Source of the DNA: Saccostrea cucullata
Taxonomy: Eukaryota
Assembly: GCF_032062105.1 (NCBI RefSeq)
Contig: NW_026925288.1
Span: 124,001 to 188,000, forward strand
Reading direction: 5' to 3'
DNA length: 64,000 nucleotides
The notes beneath the pieces were generated by a model. That model searched no databases. It had not been told where the DNA came from and was given only the letters and a program-made list of their open reading frames with translations. A program made the translations under genes and the position numbers. Positions 62,195-64,000 of this stretch are shown piece by piece (within the stretch, counting starts at the first letter, position 1; the number at the start of each line of letters is the position of its first letter).

Positions 62195-63431
62195 ATGGCT
62201 TCCTTGGGATGGCAGGGAACAGGTGTATGTTTGATTTTTCATATGATGATACTACATTATAGGCCTAGTGTGTGTGGTGATTCGAGTTCCATAGTTATTC
62301 CCTTTACAATCCCAGTGAATACATTCATAACGAAGCTTTCCACCAGCCATGCTGAATTCAACACCAATAGAAAGCTAGCCAAATCATTCTTCCATATCTC
62401 TGAGGATGGAAAATTAACAACGAAAAAGGAATTGTTTTCACATGTTGGAAAATCATTTTCTCTCTTTCTATCAAATGACTTCAATGAATATCCATTCATT
62501 GACACTTTACATTTAAACATAAGTCCCTCATCGGAGCTAAAAGCATTTTCCAGTCAGACTTTTTATGGCACGATTCAGGAAAATCTGCCACCTGATTCAG
62601 AAGTGAAATGGAAGGAAAAAATCCATCTAAATTTTCATGCAGTGAAATACACTTTACAACCTTCAAATAAAAAATTCATAGTGAACATTACAACAGATTC
62701 CACATCTATCTCTCAAGTGAAAATTGTGACTACAATTGAGCTAGATCGTGAAAGTGCGAGTGAATACAATTTCATTTTAAAGGCTTGGCTGAATGATTCT
62801 GTATACACATCTACCATTTTAAAAATCAAAGTCCTTGATATCAATGACTGCATTCCAAAATTTTCTCAGAAAATTTATAAAAGTACAATTTATCTAGATA
62901 GTATACTTGCACCTAATACCAAGGTATTGAAAATTTCTGCATTTGACCAAGATTTAGCAGATCAAATAATCTACAGTCTAAGTGGTACAACAGCCTTTGC
63001 CATTCATCCAAATTCAGGTTATTTGACTACAAATGCAGTACGTCCAGGAAGCTATAACTTCAAAGTCTATGCAACAGATACCAGTGGAAAACAATCACAT
63101 GCATTAGTATCTATCCGCATCCTCCAAAGTACTCTAAAGTTTAGACCATTCCATCAAATTTCCAAACGTCAAGCAAAATTCATGACAGTGGAAAAAACCT
63201 ATGTTGTTCTAGAAAATCAAACAGCTGGAACTGTTGTCTTCAGTGTGGCCTCTGTACCAGCAGCACCGCCAGGGACGGAGTTTTATTCCATTCTCTACGA
63301 CTCTATTCAGGCTTTTCAGGTGGACACGAGGGGGAATGTCTACCTGAAGAGTGGCCGCATCCTAGATTATGAGAATCCCCAACACAGAAATGTGACAGTC
63401 CGCTTCAACATCACCTCCTCCCTATCCCAAG
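62195..63431 (+). CDS. First coding exon of a large cadherin (neural/type-III classical cadherin-like); gene continues beyond the window
   Basis: Signal peptide MASLGWQGTGVCLIFHMMILH..; cadherin motifs IQENLP, LDRE, VLDINDCIPKF, AFDQD, VYATD, VLENQ, LDYE; dibasic SKR after two EC repeats; acceptor ttacag at 62168, donor CAAG|gtttgt. Confidence 0.85.
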
Positions 63432-64000
63432 GTTTGTATCTTTACATTAGATTAATGTAGGGTTGTTGCTAAGACCCAGGGGCTGGGGTATTTGCACCTG
63501 TAATGAAGTAACCCTCTAACTATACTGGTATTTCCCCTCAGCCCTTAGCTGGGGGAGAAACCCAAAACTCCAGCTCCTGTATTTTAAAGGCCCCCTACTA
63601 TTTCAATCTTTGGGACGATCCTGAAAGTAGTTGAAACTCTCAATTTGTACATGTTATATATGCTTGTCATAATCCAGTTTTCAAAGGTAAACATCAACTA
63701 CACCTGTATTAGATTTTTATAGTGATGGGAAATCAGAATTCTTTTCATAATTTGATTATCGGAATAATCGGATGCACTATGATCGATTATTCATCGATTG
63801 ATTTTAAGCATTAAATTTGTTCATTTTTGAATGAAGAATACACAAGTTAAAATTTCTGGAGTGATTTTTAGAACACATTTTTTGTATCATTGGATTCATT
63901 TATTAGATAATTATTTAGGATTTAATTAAATTTTAAGAGGAATGAACAAAAAATCAAAGAAATAATTTGCTTTTTACCAATATTTTGATTAATCAATTAT

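Overview
AT-rich animal genomic DNA, most likely an oyster or other bivalve, inferred from pearl/Cg170-type satellite-bearing elements, Meta/Deu-type SINEs and a bivalve-style TRIM gene. Two N gaps (~36534-36706, ~45967-46203). Genes: (1) single-exon RING/B-box/B-box/coiled-coil/beta-propeller TRIM E3 ligase (-); (2) SLC35C2 nucleotide-sugar transporter (+; 9 well-supported coding exons, start unresolved); (3,4) two complete tandem PINK1 paralogues (-), each with 2 coding exons, intron 16.4 kb in copy A versus 0.84 kb in copy B; (5) first coding exon of a large cadherin (+). The rest is densely nested transposons (mariner-derived, hAT-like, Mutator/FLYWCH, Kolobok-like, LINE, Penelope, SINE), many with readable TIRs and TSDs. 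Best candidate novelty is the duplicated PINK1 mitophagy system. The copies are nearly identical at the C-terminus but differ in the targeting sequence, TM segment, P-loop and ubiquitin-binding insertion 3. Both carry an ~80-aa acidic insertion 1 with an invariant LIR/AIM-like motif (ESSFEVI), suggesting a PINK1 that might recruit ATG8 directly. All counts are by hand; no searches were run.
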